In this document: positions 1 through 9,986 of the stretch, piece after piece | Position numbering within the stretch: the stretch's first letter is position 1 | Layout of the letters: the number at the start of each line of letters is the position of its first letter | Source: Synergistaceae bacterium | GTDB lineage: Bacteria; Synergistota; Synergistia; Synergistales; Synergistaceae | Assembly: GCA_012728235.1 (NCBI GenBank) | Contig: JAAYFL010000016.1 | Coordinates: 7,341 to 71,340, forward strand | Direction: 5' to 3' | Length of the DNA: 64,000 bases | Made by a program: the position numbers and the translations under genes | The notes under the pieces: model-generated | The model's input: the letters and a program-made list of their open reading frames with translations, nothing else | Told to the model about the DNA's origin: nothing | The model's database searches: none

Positions 1-206
1 TTGCAGACCCGCCATACGGACTGGACTGGGGATTGGAATTACCATCGATTATAGGTAATAATGGTTCGATTTTGTCTGATGAAGGTATATTCATATATGA
101 ACATTCAGATAAAGAAAAGATATGCGAATTGGATTTAAATAACTGGAGTAGAGACGATCGCGTCTACGGAGGAACAATTCTTTCTTTCTACAAAAGGAGA
201 AATTAA
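1..206 (+). CDS. rsmD: 16S rRNA (guanine966-N2)-methyltransferase RsmD, C-terminal fragment (5' end outside window)
   Basis: The frame starting at nt 3 reads ADPPYGLDW...YGGTILSFYKRRN and stops at 204-206. It carries the DPPY methyltransferase motif, and the position just upstream of coaD is the conserved rsmD-coaD arrangement. Confidence 0.7.
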   Translation, partial: ADPPYGLDWGLELPSIIGNNGSILSDEGIFIYEHSDKEKICELDLNNWSRDDRVYGGTILSFYKRRN

Positions 207-208
207 TA

Positions 209-700
209 ATGATAAGAGCTGTTTATCCTGGATCATTCGATCCTATAACAAATGGACACATATATATAGCCGAAAGAGCTGCGTCGCTTTTTGATGAGCT
301 TCTTATAGCTGTGTTAGTTAACCCGGATAAACATTCTACTTTTACTGAGGAAGAAAGGCAGATAATGTCTAGAGAGGCCTTAGTGCATCTTCCGAACGTC
401 AAAGTTAAGTATTTTAATGGGCTTCTGGTGGATTTTATGAGGCAGGAACAAAGTCGAATCATTATTAGAGGGCTTAGAGCTCTTTCAGATTTTGAATATG
501 AATTTCAGCTTGCTCAGATGAATAGGCAGCTCGCTCCTGAGATTGAGACATTTTTTATAGCAACAGACGCAAAATACTCTTACGTTTCAAGCAGAGGAGT
601 AAAGGATGCTTTTTATTTCGGAGGTGCGGTAAGAGATATGGTGCCGCCCGGTGTTTATAGACGCTTGCGTGAGCGTATTAAGCCTAAAAAACTTAAGTAA
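209..700 (+). CDS. coaD: phosphopantetheine adenylyltransferase
   Basis: 163 aa with N-terminus AVYPGSFDPITNGH, typical of PPAT. AGGAGA lies upstream of the ATG. Confidence 0.95.
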   Translation: MIRAVYPGSFDPITNGHIYIAERAASLFDELLIAVLVNPDKHSTFTEEERQIMSREALVHLPNVKVKYFNGLLVDFMRQEQSRIIIRGLRALSDFEYEFQLAQMNRQLAPEIETFFIATDAKYSYVSSRGVKDAFYFGGAVRDMVPPGVYRRLRERIKPKKLK

Positions 701-767
701 ACTGAGGTATTAGGCAGTTACTGAACTGAGATGGCGTTCTCAGTAAAAATGTATGTATTAAGTATTT

Positions 768-1985
768 TTATTCACTCTTTAAAATAATTCTTCGTTTATG
801 CTCTTCCCCAAACTTCTCACTTGGAATAAGTTGTGACCATAATTCACACGCAAGAAGCTCGTAATTTATCATTTTCTGAGCATAGGGCGAGACTCTTGAA
901 GCCTCACCATATTTTGTGACAACTGGCAACAGAGATGTTTCTTTCATTTTTTTTAATAGCTCTTTTCCTTTATCATTGGTAGCCAATACTCTGATGTATG
1001 CGGGGCCTATGCGCTGAAATGCTCTGTTTTCCCAATGATTAAGGCCGATAAGAGCATGTATTGCATGACGGCGTATTCTTCCCAATGTGTAACGTTTGCT
1101 GGAACATTTTTCAGCCCATTCGTTAAATGAAGTGCTTGTCAGAGCCTCTTTCTTTAATCTATATTCAATGCCCTCTCCTACTTCTGCGATTTTCGAAATT
1201 TCTTCGGCAGATGAGCGTATCAAAAGCATCCGGAGAAGATTCCACAACTTTTTGTACTCTATACAGGCGTCGCCATCGGCTATTGCAGAACGTAAAATTT
1301 CTTTTGATTCCGTAGGCAAAAAACTCATAGCCTCATCGCTGCGTCCCTCTGCAATTGCTTTCCGTATTGCAGAAGAGCTGGAATATTCTCCCAGGACGTT
1401 GCAATGATGTCCTCCGCCCAACCTTTTTATGGGGATAGGTTGCATCTTCCATTTTTTTTGGCGAAGTCTTAACATATATGAGAGAGCAAGGCTGTTGTTC
1501 GGTTTTTTTAGCTTTTCAGAGCTTCCAGCTATCATTGTTTCAAGTGCTGTAGCCCTGGCTTCTACATAAGACAACCCTTTTCCCAAAGAAAGTTTTAGCA
1601 ACGACTTGAAATCTGCAGGTTCTTCGTTTAAAATGCTCAAGATTATGTCGGTGTTCCAATCGGGATCTTCAAGTCCAAAGGAAAGGTGTGTTACTATACC
1701 TGAGGAGCCGAGGATGTCAGTTGCAGCACTCGCGAATACACCTGCGTTGTGTGCAGAGAAAACTACAGGGAGCTCAAGAACCAAGTCGGCACCTGTATTA
1801 ATTGTTATTTGTGCGCGATTCCATTTGTCCAGAATTGAGGGTTCGCCTCGTTGTACAAAATTTGAAGATAAGACCACAACCACAGCTTCGGCTTTAGAGG
1901 ACTCTTTAGCTTTTTGTATCTGATATAAGTGGCCGTTGTGAAGCGGGTTATACTCGGCAATTATTCCTACTATAGGAATTTTCAT
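768..1985 (-). CDS. tmcAL: tRNA(Met) cytidine acetate ligase (YlbM/UPF0348 nucleotidyltransferase family)
   Basis: 405 aa with GIIAEYNPLHNGHLYQI at the N-terminus, as in B. subtilis YlbM/TmcAL. Confidence 0.8.
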   Translation of the reverse strand: MKIPIVGIIAEYNPLHNGHLYQIQKAKESSKAEAVVVVLSSNFVQRGEPSILDKWNRAQITINTGADLVLELPVVFSAHNAGVFASAATDILGSSGIVTHLSFGLEDPDWNTDIILSILNEEPADFKSLLKLSLGKGLSYVEARATALETMIAGSSEKLKKPNNSLALSYMLRLRQKKWKMQPIPIKRLGGGHHCNVLGEYSSSSAIRKAIAEGRSDEAMSFLPTESKEILRSAIADGDACIEYKKLWNLLRMLLIRSSAEEISKIAEVGEGIEYRLKKEALTSTSFNEWAEKCSSKRYTLGRIRRHAIHALIGLNHWENRAFQRIGPAYIRVLATNDKGKELLKKMKETSLLPVVTKYGEASRVSPYAQKMINYELLACELWSQLIPSEKFGEEHKRRIILKSE

Positions 1986-2059
1986 ATAAAATCACCACCA
2001 TTATCGGTAAGGATACCATAATAGGCGGAGTTATTCATTCTTAAGGAGGCAACAATTAA

Positions 2060-3259
2060 ATGAAAAATCTTGTTATCAACTGCGGCAGTTCCTCTGTCAA
2101 ATATCAACTGTTTGACATGACAACAGAAAAAGTCCTAACACAAGGGCTTGTAGAGAGAGTCGGTATTCCTGGCTCAGGTATTAAGCACACAAAAACAGGT
2201 ATGGAAACCTTGGCTAGAGTGGTAGATTTCCCTACACACAAAGAGGCGGTTCAGTATGTTCTAAACTTGTTGGTGGACCCTGTTTATGGAGCCATAAAAA
2301 CATTTGATGAAATCACTGCTGTTGGGCACCGTATCGTCCATGGAGGAGAGACACTTATAAAACCTACCCTAGTAACGGAGAAAGTTATTAATGAATTGGA
2401 GAAAATTATCCCACTTGCTCCGTTGCATAACCCCGGTCATCTTCAGGGAATACATGCAATTATGGAAATTCTTTCCGATGTGCCAAACGTAATAGTTATG
2501 GATACCGCATTTCATCAGACTATGCCTCCAAAAGCTTTTATTTATGGAATAGATTATAAATATTACGAAGAAAACCAGATTCGCAAATATGGATTTCACG
2601 GTACAAGTCACGACTACGTATCAAGCAGAGCAGCAGAAATCCTTGGCAAACCACTGAAAGATCTTAAAGTCATTACTTGTCATTTAGGAAATGGAAGCTC
2701 AATTTCAGCGATAAAAGACGGCAAATGTATTGACACCAGCATGGGATTAAGCCCGATAGAAGGAGTAGTCATGGGAACACGCAGCGGGGACGTATGTCCG
2801 GGAGTGCTTTTATTCCTTATGAGACAGCTTAGAGACGTGGATCTTGTGAGTAATGCAATACAGAATAAGGGCGGGTTATTGGGTATTTCCGGAGTGTCCA
2901 GCGATCTTCGTGATGTTGAATTGGCAGCAGAAAAAGGAAATAAAAGAGCTGCACTGGCACAGGACAAACTCATATATGGCGTCCAGAAATATATAGGAGC
3001 ATATACCGCTGCAATGGACGGCGTTGACGTTATAGTTTTCACTGCGGGTATTGGAGAAAACGGTGTTGCTTTCCGAGAAAAAGTATGTTCAAAATTAGGA
3101 TTTTTGGGAGTTAAAATAGATACAGAGAAAAATAACTGTCGTGGAAAAGAAGTTATATTCAGCACACCAGATTCCAAGGTCACTGTGATGGTTATTCCCA
3201 CCGACGAGGAACTTACAATTGCACGAGAAACACAAAAGTGCGTGGAGGCAAATAAATAA
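2060..3259 (+). CDS. ackA: acetate kinase
   Basis: 399 aa. Motifs are LVINCGSSSVKYQLF, AVGHRIVHGG and GFHGTSH. AAGGAGG RBS. Confidence 0.95.
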   Translation: MKNLVINCGSSSVKYQLFDMTTEKVLTQGLVERVGIPGSGIKHTKTGMETLARVVDFPTHKEAVQYVLNLLVDPVYGAIKTFDEITAVGHRIVHGGETLIKPTLVTEKVINELEKIIPLAPLHNPGHLQGIHAIMEILSDVPNVIVMDTAFHQTMPPKAFIYGIDYKYYEENQIRKYGFHGTSHDYVSSRAAEILGKPLKDLKVITCHLGNGSSISAIKDGKCIDTSMGLSPIEGVVMGTRSGDVCPGVLLFLMRQLRDVDLVSNAIQNKGGLLGISGVSSDLRDVELAAEKGNKRAALAQDKLIYGVQKYIGAYTAAMDGVDVIVFTAGIGENGVAFREKVCSKLGFLGVKIDTEKNNCRGKEVIFSTPDSKVTVMVIPTDEELTIARETQKCVEANK

Positions 3260-3265
3260 GAGTAA

Positions 3266-3850
3266 ATGGTTGTTAAGTTGCTTAAGTCACCACCTAGCAG
3301 CTGGAAGTATTTTCTACTGCCGACTTCTATACCTAAAGATGGTACTCCATTAAAGGATAGTTTTTCTCTCAGAGTGGAGCAGCCTATCAGTTACTGGTCT
3401 CAAATATACGATTTTTCTGATGAGATAAAAGTTGATATAGAAGTTGTAAGAACGTATGGTCGCCTAATTACAACAATCTTTGTCTTTGGAGAGACTAAAA
3501 TGCCTTGCTCTAGATGTCTTGAATTAACAAAGGTTCAGATTAATGCGAATTTGAAATATATATTTTCTTTAAAACCAAGTAGAGAAGATAATGAGGAAGA
3601 CGATCTTGATCGTGATATGCAGGAAGATCTTATTATCTTGGAAACATGGGATGAAAAAATAGATTTAATACCATTAATCTGGGAGACTTTGCTTTCAGGC
3701 TTACCTGCGGTGGAGTTATGCTCAAAAGAATGTAAGGGGCTTTGTCCTAACTGTGGTGAAAATTTAAATAAAGCGACTTGTAACTGCAAAAAAGAAGAGG
3801 GTGACCCAAGATTTGATATTCTTCGCCCTTTTATAGAAAAAGAAAAATAA
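3266..3850 (+). CDS. yceD: YceD/DUF177 family protein (large-subunit rRNA accumulation protein)
   Basis: 194 aa with an acidic middle and a C-terminal CxxC...CxxC-like cluster (CSRC, CKGLCPNCGENL, CNC). The position directly upstream of rpmF is the conserved yceD-rpmF pair. Confidence 0.8.
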   Translation: MVVKLLKSPPSSWKYFLLPTSIPKDGTPLKDSFSLRVEQPISYWSQIYDFSDEIKVDIEVVRTYGRLITTIFVFGETKMPCSRCLELTKVQINANLKYIFSLKPSREDNEEDDLDRDMQEDLIILETWDEKIDLIPLIWETLLSGLPAVELCSKECKGLCPNCGENLNKATCNCKKEEGDPRFDILRPFIEKEK

Positions 3851-3926
3851 AAAACTGGAAAAATAATAAATTAATGGTAGAATAATTAAGCAATTTCTTG
3901 CTTAAAGGTTTAAGGGGGGAACAAAT

Positions 3927-4133
3927 ATGGCAACTCCAAAAAGAAGGGTATCTCACTCCCGTACAAATAAACGTAAGGCGCAGTGGCTCGGAGCTCTTGA
4001 GGAACCAACGTTGACCACTTGTACACACTGCGGAGAAACAGTACAGACATATCGTGCTTGCTCTGCTTGCGGCTATTACAAAGGTAAACAAGTAGTAAAA
4101 ATTTCCGAAAAAAATGATACAGAAAACGAATAA
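3927..4133 (+). CDS. rpmF: 50S ribosomal protein L32
   Basis: 68 aa. Starts MATPKRRVSHSRTNKRKA and carries CxxC...CxxC (CTHCGE, CSACG). GGGGGGA RBS. Confidence 0.9.
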   Translation: MATPKRRVSHSRTNKRKAQWLGALEEPTLTTCTHCGETVQTYRACSACGYYKGKQVVKISEKNDTENE

Positions 4134-4155
4134 TTTTAACATATAAAAACTCAGT

Positions 4156-4194
4156 AAAGAGAGCCTAGGGATTGCAATCCCCTAGGCTCTCTTT
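4156..4194 (+). terminator. long near-perfect hairpin after rpmF
   Basis: AAAGAGAGCCTAGGGATTG / CAATCCCCTAGGCTCTCTTT forms a 19-bp stem with one bulged C. The short T stretch that follows is partly inside the stem. Confidence 0.6.
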
Positions 4195-4255
4195 GCTATA
4201 GCTGCATATAATTTTCACCGGTTCCTTTTTAAATTATAAAATATGATTTTATGTA

Positions 4256-4284
4256 TTGACAAAATATAGCGAATGAGATATCTT
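4256..4284 (+). promoter_or_regulatory. candidate sigma-70-type promoter of the fapR-fab operon
   Basis: TTGACA (4256-4261), exact 17-nt spacer, TATCTT (4279-4284), about 50 nt upstream of the fapR ATG. Confidence 0.5.
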
Positions 4285-4292
4285 ATCAGTTA

Positions 4293-4309
4293 TTAAGACC
4301 AGCTACTAA
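4293..4309 (+). promoter_or_regulatory. candidate FapR operator
   Basis: TTAAGACCAGCTACTAA is a 17-bp imperfect inverted repeat just downstream of the -10. It resembles the B. subtilis FapR box (TTAGTACCAGGTACTAA-like, recalled from memory). Confidence 0.55.
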
Positions 4310-4333
4310 GAGTGAAGCAAGGAGAAGAGTAAT

Positions 4334-4915
4334 ATGCGTTCAGAAATTAAAAGACAACGTCATAAACAACTAATAGACTTAGTTAATTCTTCTCCTCTTT
4401 TGACAGATAAAGAGATAGCAGCGATGCTTGGAGTAAGTTTAGGTACAGTACGCTTGGATAGAGGAACTCTTTCAATTCCTGAGGTCAGAGAGCGTACCCG
4501 TCTTATGGCTGAACAGGCAACAAGTCGCTTGAAATCAATGAGAACGGAAGAAGTTATAGGCGACCTTGTTGGATTGGAGCCAAATAAGGGAGCACTTTCC
4601 GTTCTTTTTGCTACGAGAGATACAGCTTTTCGTCATACAGACTTCGTAGGAGATTACTTTATTTATGCTCAGGCAGCATCCCTGGCCATTGCAACAATAG
4701 ATGAAGAGCTAGTTGTGGTAGGCTCTGCCAGGTTAAAATATAACCGACCGGCATATATAGGGGAAAAAATCCTAGCCCGTTCAAAAGTTGGTGTCCATAA
4801 GGGGAATAAATATGTTGTAAGTGTGCGTTCTACAGTTGACAATAGAGAGATATTTGTAGGACGTTTTGTTGTTGTTTCAAAAGAATCTTCTAATAATATG
4901 GGGGCAAAAAAATGA
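4334..4915 (+). CDS. fapR: fatty acid/phospholipid biosynthesis transcriptional regulator FapR
   Basis: 193 aa. N-terminal HTH (LTDKEIAAMLGVSLGTVRLDRGTLSIPEVRER) followed by a hot-dog thioesterase-like C-terminal domain. Lies directly upstream of plsX. Confidence 0.85.
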   Translation: MRSEIKRQRHKQLIDLVNSSPLLTDKEIAAMLGVSLGTVRLDRGTLSIPEVRERTRLMAEQATSRLKSMRTEEVIGDLVGLEPNKGALSVLFATRDTAFRHTDFVGDYFIYAQAASLAIATIDEELVVVGSARLKYNRPAYIGEKILARSKVGVHKGNKYVVSVRSTVDNREIFVGRFVVVSKESSNNMGAKK

Positions 4916-5916
4916 TAATAGCTCTTGATGCAATGGGCGGAGATTATGCGCCGGAGGAACCGTGCCATGCCGCGATTTATGCTTGTACTAAAAAACCAAA
5001 ATTAAACATTGCTTTAGTTGGAGATAGAAATAAAATAGAACCTTTTTTAGAAAAAGTGGATTCGGAAGTTAGGTCAAGATTAAAAATAGTTCACGCAGAA
5101 GAAGTTATTGACGGTGCCGACTCTCCATCTCTTTCTATAAGGAGAAAAAAGAACTCAAGTTTAGTTGTAGCATTCGAAATGGTCAGAGCAGGTGAAGCAT
5201 CAGGAATTGTTTCAGCTGGAAATACAGGGGCTATTGCAGCAGGAGGAGTTCTTTTGCTGGGAAGAATACCTGGTATTGATCGTCCCGGTTTCGGTGCAGT
5301 TCTTCCTGTTCTAAACAGACCGACACTGCTAATGGATGTAGGTGCAACAGTTCGCTGTAAACCAATTAATTTGTTTCAATTTGCTCATATGGCTTCAATT
5401 TATATGAAACTTTTCAGAGGGGTAGAGAACCCTTCTATTCGGTTACTCTGTAATGGTGAAGAAATAACAAAAGGAGATGATGTTATTTCTGCAGCTCGGA
5501 CACTCATAGAAAATAGCCCTTTGAATTTTCAGGGATATGCAGAGGGGAGTGATTTGCCAAACGGTATAGCGGATATCGTTATATGTGATGGGTTTAGCGG
5601 TAACATTTTAATCAAGTTTGGCGAAGGACTTGGAGAATTATTAAAGGGACAGCTTAAAGAAGAATACACGAATCATTTACTTCCTAAGATAGGAATGTTT
5701 TTTATGTTGCCCGCAATGAAAAGAGTTTTGGGACGCTTTGATTGGGAGAAAGCCGGAGGCTCTCCCCTTCTAGGAGTTAATGGTACCGTAATAAAAGTTC
5801 ATGGTCGTTCTAAGCGTAAGCCCATAGCACATGCTCTACTTGGAGCAGCCAACTTTATAGCAAAAAACGGTGTGGAAAGAATTAGAGAAGAAATAGCAAA
5901 GGAAAACTTAAAATGA
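4912..5916 (+). CDS. plsX: phosphate acyltransferase PlsX
   Basis: 334 aa with IALDAMGGDYAP and VSAGNTGA. The ATGA start overlaps the fapR stop. Confidence 0.95.
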   Translation: MIIALDAMGGDYAPEEPCHAAIYACTKKPKLNIALVGDRNKIEPFLEKVDSEVRSRLKIVHAEEVIDGADSPSLSIRRKKNSSLVVAFEMVRAGEASGIVSAGNTGAIAAGGVLLLGRIPGIDRPGFGAVLPVLNRPTLLMDVGATVRCKPINLFQFAHMASIYMKLFRGVENPSIRLLCNGEEITKGDDVISAARTLIENSPLNFQGYAEGSDLPNGIADIVICDGFSGNILIKFGEGLGELLKGQLKEEYTNHLLPKIGMFFMLPAMKRVLGRFDWEKAGGSPLLGVNGTVIKVHGRSKRKPIAHALLGAANFIAKNGVERIREEIAKENLK

Positions 5917-6881
5917 CAATATTTCATGGAAGAAAAGCCAAAATATCCGGAACCGGAATTTATATACCAGAAAAGATAATGGAAAACAAGGATTTTGAGA
6001 AATTTCTTGATACGAGTGACAGTTGGATATATGAAAGAACCGGCATAAAAGTGCGTCATTTTGCAGCTGAGGATGAGCGTTGTAGCGATTTAGCCTACAA
6101 CGCCGCAGTAGAAGCAATGAAAGATGCAAAGATATCACCCGACAAACTGGACATGATAATAGTTGCTTCCAACACGCCGGATTCAACTTTTCCTAGTATG
6201 TCATGTAAAGTACAGGGTAGGTTAGGAGCAGTAAATGCCGGAGCATTTGATCTTTTGGCAGGTTGTGTAGGAGGTATTGCAGGAATTCAAACGGCTGTGG
6301 CTGGGATATCATCAGGGCTTTGGAATAATGTGCTTGTTATAGGAACAGAGAAATTTAAAGATTATGTTGATTGGACAGACAGAAGAACATGCATATTATT
6401 TGGAGATGGTGCCGGAGCATGTGTTGTATCTCTTTCAGAGGAAGGAAGGGGACGTTTTATTTCTTCCAAAATAACAGCTGATGGAACAAGACATGATCTT
6501 CTGACAAATGAACCGGAAAAACCTGGAGACCCTCATCTCTTAAGAATGAAGGGACAAGATGTGTTTAAGTATGTTTCTATAAATTTGCCTAAATTTATAG
6601 AAACCTTGTGTGAGGATTCAAAAATCAAACCGCAAGATGTGGATTTTTGGATTTTGCATCAAGCCAATACCAGAATCCTCGATTCTGTATTTAAACGTAT
6701 AGGGGTTTCTGTTGATAAAGCGTTGTATAATTTAGATAGGTATGGCAATACGTCCGCTGCATCCGTAATGATTGCCCTTGATGAATCAATGAAAAACGGA
6801 CATATAAAACGAGGTGACAAGGTTTGCTTTGTCGCTTTTGGAGCCGGGATGACCTTAGGAGGTCTGATTTACGAAGCTTAG
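5913..6881 (+). CDS. fabH: 3-oxoacyl-ACP synthase III
   Basis: 322 aa. Active-site Cys context is AFDLLAGCVGG. HQAN and GNTSAAS motifs are present. Confidence 0.95.
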   Translation: MTIFHGRKAKISGTGIYIPEKIMENKDFEKFLDTSDSWIYERTGIKVRHFAAEDERCSDLAYNAAVEAMKDAKISPDKLDMIIVASNTPDSTFPSMSCKVQGRLGAVNAGAFDLLAGCVGGIAGIQTAVAGISSGLWNNVLVIGTEKFKDYVDWTDRRTCILFGDGAGACVVSLSEEGRGRFISSKITADGTRHDLLTNEPEKPGDPHLLRMKGQDVFKYVSINLPKFIETLCEDSKIKPQDVDFWILHQANTRILDSVFKRIGVSVDKALYNLDRYGNTSAASVMIALDESMKNGHIKRGDKVCFVAFGAGMTLGGLIYEA

Positions 6882-6932
6882 TTTTTATACATTCTTAATT
6901 TAGTTTTTGCTTTTATTTTTATTAAGAGATAG

Positions 6933-7889
6933 GTGATTTTGTTGTTTGAAAATAATAGAGTTTCGCAACTATTAAAAGTTAAAGTTCCTGTTTTACAGGG
7001 AGGAATGGCATGGGTAGCTGATGCGGATTTGGCAGCAGCGGTTAGTAATGCTGGCGGCTTAGGAATTATAGCTGCAGGGACAATGCCTGCGGAACTTTTA
7101 GAAGAAGAAATATTGAAAATTTTAAAACTGACTGACAAACCTTTTGGATTGAATATAATGCTCATGTCGCCAACTGTGAATGATGCGATTGAGATTGCTG
7201 CAAAATATAAGATACCTGTTGTTACAACAGGAGCGGGGCTTCCTGGTAAGGTAATTGAAAGGCTTAAGCCTCTGGGTACAGTAATAGCACCTGTAATTGC
7301 CTCGGTTGCACACGCAGAACGTGTAGTTAAACAAGGGGCTGACGCCGTTATAGCTGAAGGTAACGAAGCTGGAGGGCATATAGGTGAAATAAATACAATG
7401 GTTTTAATTCCACAAGTAGTAGATGCTGTGAAAGTTCCGGTTATAGCTGCCGGAGGGATAGCAGATGGGCGTGGATTGTTAGCTGCTTTTGTTTTGGGAG
7501 CAGAGGGTGTTCAAGTAGGAACGCGTTTTGTATGTGCTACGGAGAGTAATGTGCATGAAAATTATAAAATGAAAATCATAAAAGCAAACGACAGAGCAAC
7601 TGTTGTTACGGGGCACACTCTGGGACATCCTGTAAGAGCTTTAAAAAACAAATTAATTAAATCTTTTGAAATAGCAGAGAAGAATGCTGCGTCAGCAGAG
7701 GAAATTGAAGCTTTGGGAGCTGGAAAGTTAAGAGTAGCAGTGCAAGAAGGCGATGTTGATCTAGGTTCTTTTATGGCCGGGCAGTCAGCCGGGCTTGTTA
7801 AAAAATGTGAGCCTGCTGCTTCTATAATAGAAGATATGATAAGTGGAGCCAGGGAACAGGCGAGAATAATCGAGGGGTTCATAAAGTGA
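6933..7889 (+). CDS. fabK: enoyl-ACP reductase II (FMN-dependent, FabK)
   Basis: PVLQGGMAWVADADLAAAVSNAGGLGIIAAG is typical of FabK. The true start may be the TTG at 6942, 5 nt after AGGTGA. Confidence 0.9.
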   Translation: MILLFENNRVSQLLKVKVPVLQGGMAWVADADLAAAVSNAGGLGIIAAGTMPAELLEEEILKILKLTDKPFGLNIMLMSPTVNDAIEIAAKYKIPVVTTGAGLPGKVIERLKPLGTVIAPVIASVAHAERVVKQGADAVIAEGNEAGGHIGEINTMVLIPQVVDAVKVPVIAAGGIADGRGLLAAFVLGAEGVQVGTRFVCATESNVHENYKMKIIKANDRATVVTGHTLGHPVRALKNKLIKSFEIAEKNAASAEEIEALGAGKLRVAVQEGDVDLGSFMAGQSAGLVKKCEPAASIIEDMISGAREQARIIEGFIK

Positions 7890-8839
7890 GAAAGCATGCA
7901 CTAATATTTCCGGGGCAAGGAGCTCAAAGACCAGGGATGGGGAAAGAGTTCTACGATAACTATAGCTCATCACGAGCAGTCTTTGAACAGGCAGATGATG
8001 CCTTAGGGTTTCCCATTTCAGACATTATTTTCAATGGTACTCCGGAGGAGTTGGCGAAGACAGCAATAACACAGCCAGCTATTTTGACCATGAGCCTTGC
8101 TGCTCTAAAAGCAATGGAAGAAGAAGCGGGAGAAGAGCTTTCTTCGGTTTGTATGGCCGGTCATAGTTTGGGAGAGTACACATCTCTCGTTGCGACTGGA
8201 ATGATTTCTTTGGCAGATGGAGTGCGTCTTTTGCGTTTGCGGGGGACATTGATGCAAGAGGCTGTTCCTCTTGGTGTAGGATCTATGGCAGCTGTAATAG
8301 GAATGGATTCTCAGCAACTTGAGGAAATATGTTTGAAAGCTGCAGAAGGAGAAGTTTGTGAACAAGCAAATATAAATTCCTTAAATCAAATAGTTATATC
8401 AGGCCATAAAACAGCCATAAACAGAGCAGTAAAACTAATCGAAACCATTGGAAACATAAGAGTTGTTCCTCTTAGAGTAAGTGCTCCGTTTCATTGTGAA
8501 TTAATGAAACCAGTAGCAGATAAACTAAAAAAAGCATTCTCAGAAATTAAATGGAATCAACCAAAATGTCCCATTATTGTCAATGCTTCGGCAGAAGCAC
8601 TGTCAACTGTTGAGGAAATACAAGAAGCTTTATTTGCACAGACTTTTTCTCCTGTATTGTGGTATCAAAGCGTTTTAACAATGGAGACTTTTGAAATAGA
8701 AGGGTATATAGAGCTCGGGCCTGGAAGTGTACTTTCCGGTCTAGTGCGTAAAATAACCAATACCAAAAAACCATACCATGTTTCAGGAGTAGAAGAGTTA
8801 CACTCTGCCGTATCTTTCTTAAAAGGAGAAAACAAATAA
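7886..8839 (+). CDS. fabD: malonyl-CoA:ACP transacylase
   Basis: FPGQGAQRPGMG and GHSLGEYT motifs. The GTGA start overlaps the fabK stop. Confidence 0.95.
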   Translation: MRKHALIFPGQGAQRPGMGKEFYDNYSSSRAVFEQADDALGFPISDIIFNGTPEELAKTAITQPAILTMSLAALKAMEEEAGEELSSVCMAGHSLGEYTSLVATGMISLADGVRLLRLRGTLMQEAVPLGVGSMAAVIGMDSQQLEEICLKAAEGEVCEQANINSLNQIVISGHKTAINRAVKLIETIGNIRVVPLRVSAPFHCELMKPVADKLKKAFSEIKWNQPKCPIIVNASAEALSTVEEIQEALFAQTFSPVLWYQSVLTMETFEIEGYIELGPGSVLSGLVRKITNTKKPYHVSGVEELHSAVSFLKGENK

Positions 8840-9580
8840 ATGCTTGAAAAAAAAGTGGCACTTGTAACAGGTGCAGGGCGCGGAATTGGAAGAGCTATAG
8901 CAATAGAACTTGCTAAGGATGGATGTGCCGTCGCTGTAAATTACAATAAATCATCAGCCGCAGCTGAAAAAGTCGTAAAAGAAATAGAACTTTTAGGCGG
9001 AATGGCCATGTCGATCAAAGCAGATGTTTCCTGTTATGAGGAAGTAAAGGAAATGTTTAGGGCTATAGAAAACAAGCTGGGAGCGGTTGAGGTATTAGTT
9101 TGTAATGCAGGGATTACAAAGGATAATCTCCTAATCCGTATGAAAGTAGAGGAGTGGGAAGACGTAATTTCTGCGAATTTAACTTCAGTATTTTATTGCA
9201 CTAAAGAAGCTGTTCGCCCTATGTTAAAAGCCAGGTCAGGTAGAATAATAGTTATCTCATCGGTAACAGGGCTAATCGGCAATCCTGGGCAATGTAATTA
9301 TTCGGCGGCAAAAGCCGGGGTTACAGGATTCGTGAAAAGCCTTGCAAGAGAGATAGGTTCAAGAGGTGTTACTGTTAATGCCATAGCACCTGGGTATATT
9401 GCCACGGATATGACATCAGTAATTCCAGAAGATGCTAAAAATGCTATGTTGCAAAATGTGCCTTTGGGTCGCGAAGGCCGTCCTGAAGACATTGCTAAGG
9501 CTGTATCTTTTCTAGCTTCTGAAGAGGCGGCATATATTCATGGCCAGGTTCTCGCCGTTGATGGCGGAATGACTATGTAA
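8840..9580 (+). CDS. fabG: 3-oxoacyl-ACP reductase
   Basis: SDR with VTGAGRGIGRAIA and YSAAKAG, 246 aa. Confidence 0.95.
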   Translation: MLEKKVALVTGAGRGIGRAIAIELAKDGCAVAVNYNKSSAAAEKVVKEIELLGGMAMSIKADVSCYEEVKEMFRAIENKLGAVEVLVCNAGITKDNLLIRMKVEEWEDVISANLTSVFYCTKEAVRPMLKARSGRIIVISSVTGLIGNPGQCNYSAAKAGVTGFVKSLAREIGSRGVTVNAIAPGYIATDMTSVIPEDAKNAMLQNVPLGREGRPEDIAKAVSFLASEEAAYIHGQVLAVDGGMTM

Positions 9581-9674
9581 GTTTTTATTTAGATTCTTCA
9601 GATCAATGAGATGTTTGTATAAAGAAATTTAAATCCAGATGTATATATTATAATTTTGGAAGGAGGTGAACTTT

Positions 9675-9926
9675 ATGAATATGGAAGAAGTACAGGCAAA
9701 GCTTAAGGAAATAGTTATTGACCGACTAAACTCAGAGGAAGATCAGATTAAACCTGAGGCCTCCTTCGTTGAGGATCTTGGTGCAGACTCACTTGATATC
9801 GTTGAGTTAATTATGGGTATTGAAGAGGAATTTGATATTGAAATTCCTGATGAGGACGCAGAAAAACTTACAACAGTGGGCGAGGCAATGGACTACGTTA
9901 AGGTTAAACTTGGAGTTGAAGATTAA
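9675..9926 (+). CDS. acpP: acyl carrier protein
   Basis: [20 protein letters not shown] carries the DSL phosphopantetheine site. I take the ATG at 9675, 8 nt after AGGAGG (9661-9666), rather than the GTG at 9666. Confidence 0.95.
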   Translation: MNMEEVQAKLKEIVIDRLNSEEDQIKPEASFVEDLGADSLDIVELIMGIEEEFDIEIPDEDAEKLTTVGEAMDYVKVKLGVED

Positions 9927-9943
9927 TTAATATACCGTATTTG

Positions 9944-9967
9944 TGAGGGGGCCTAATCTCCCCCTCA
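9944..9967 (+). other. GC-rich hairpin in the acpP-fabF spacer (possible mRNA processing/stability element)
   Basis: TGAGGGGG - 8-nt loop - CCCCCTCA, with no U-tract. Located between acpP and fabF. Confidence 0.4.
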
Positions 9968-9986
9968 GGTATTTGGAGGGAACCCA

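Noticed and set aside
724-743. ACTGAGA-TGGCGT-TCTCAGT hairpin between the convergent coadjacent genes coaD and tmcAL as a bidirectional terminator.
   Set aside because: It is only 7 bp, and there is no U-tract downstream on either strand.
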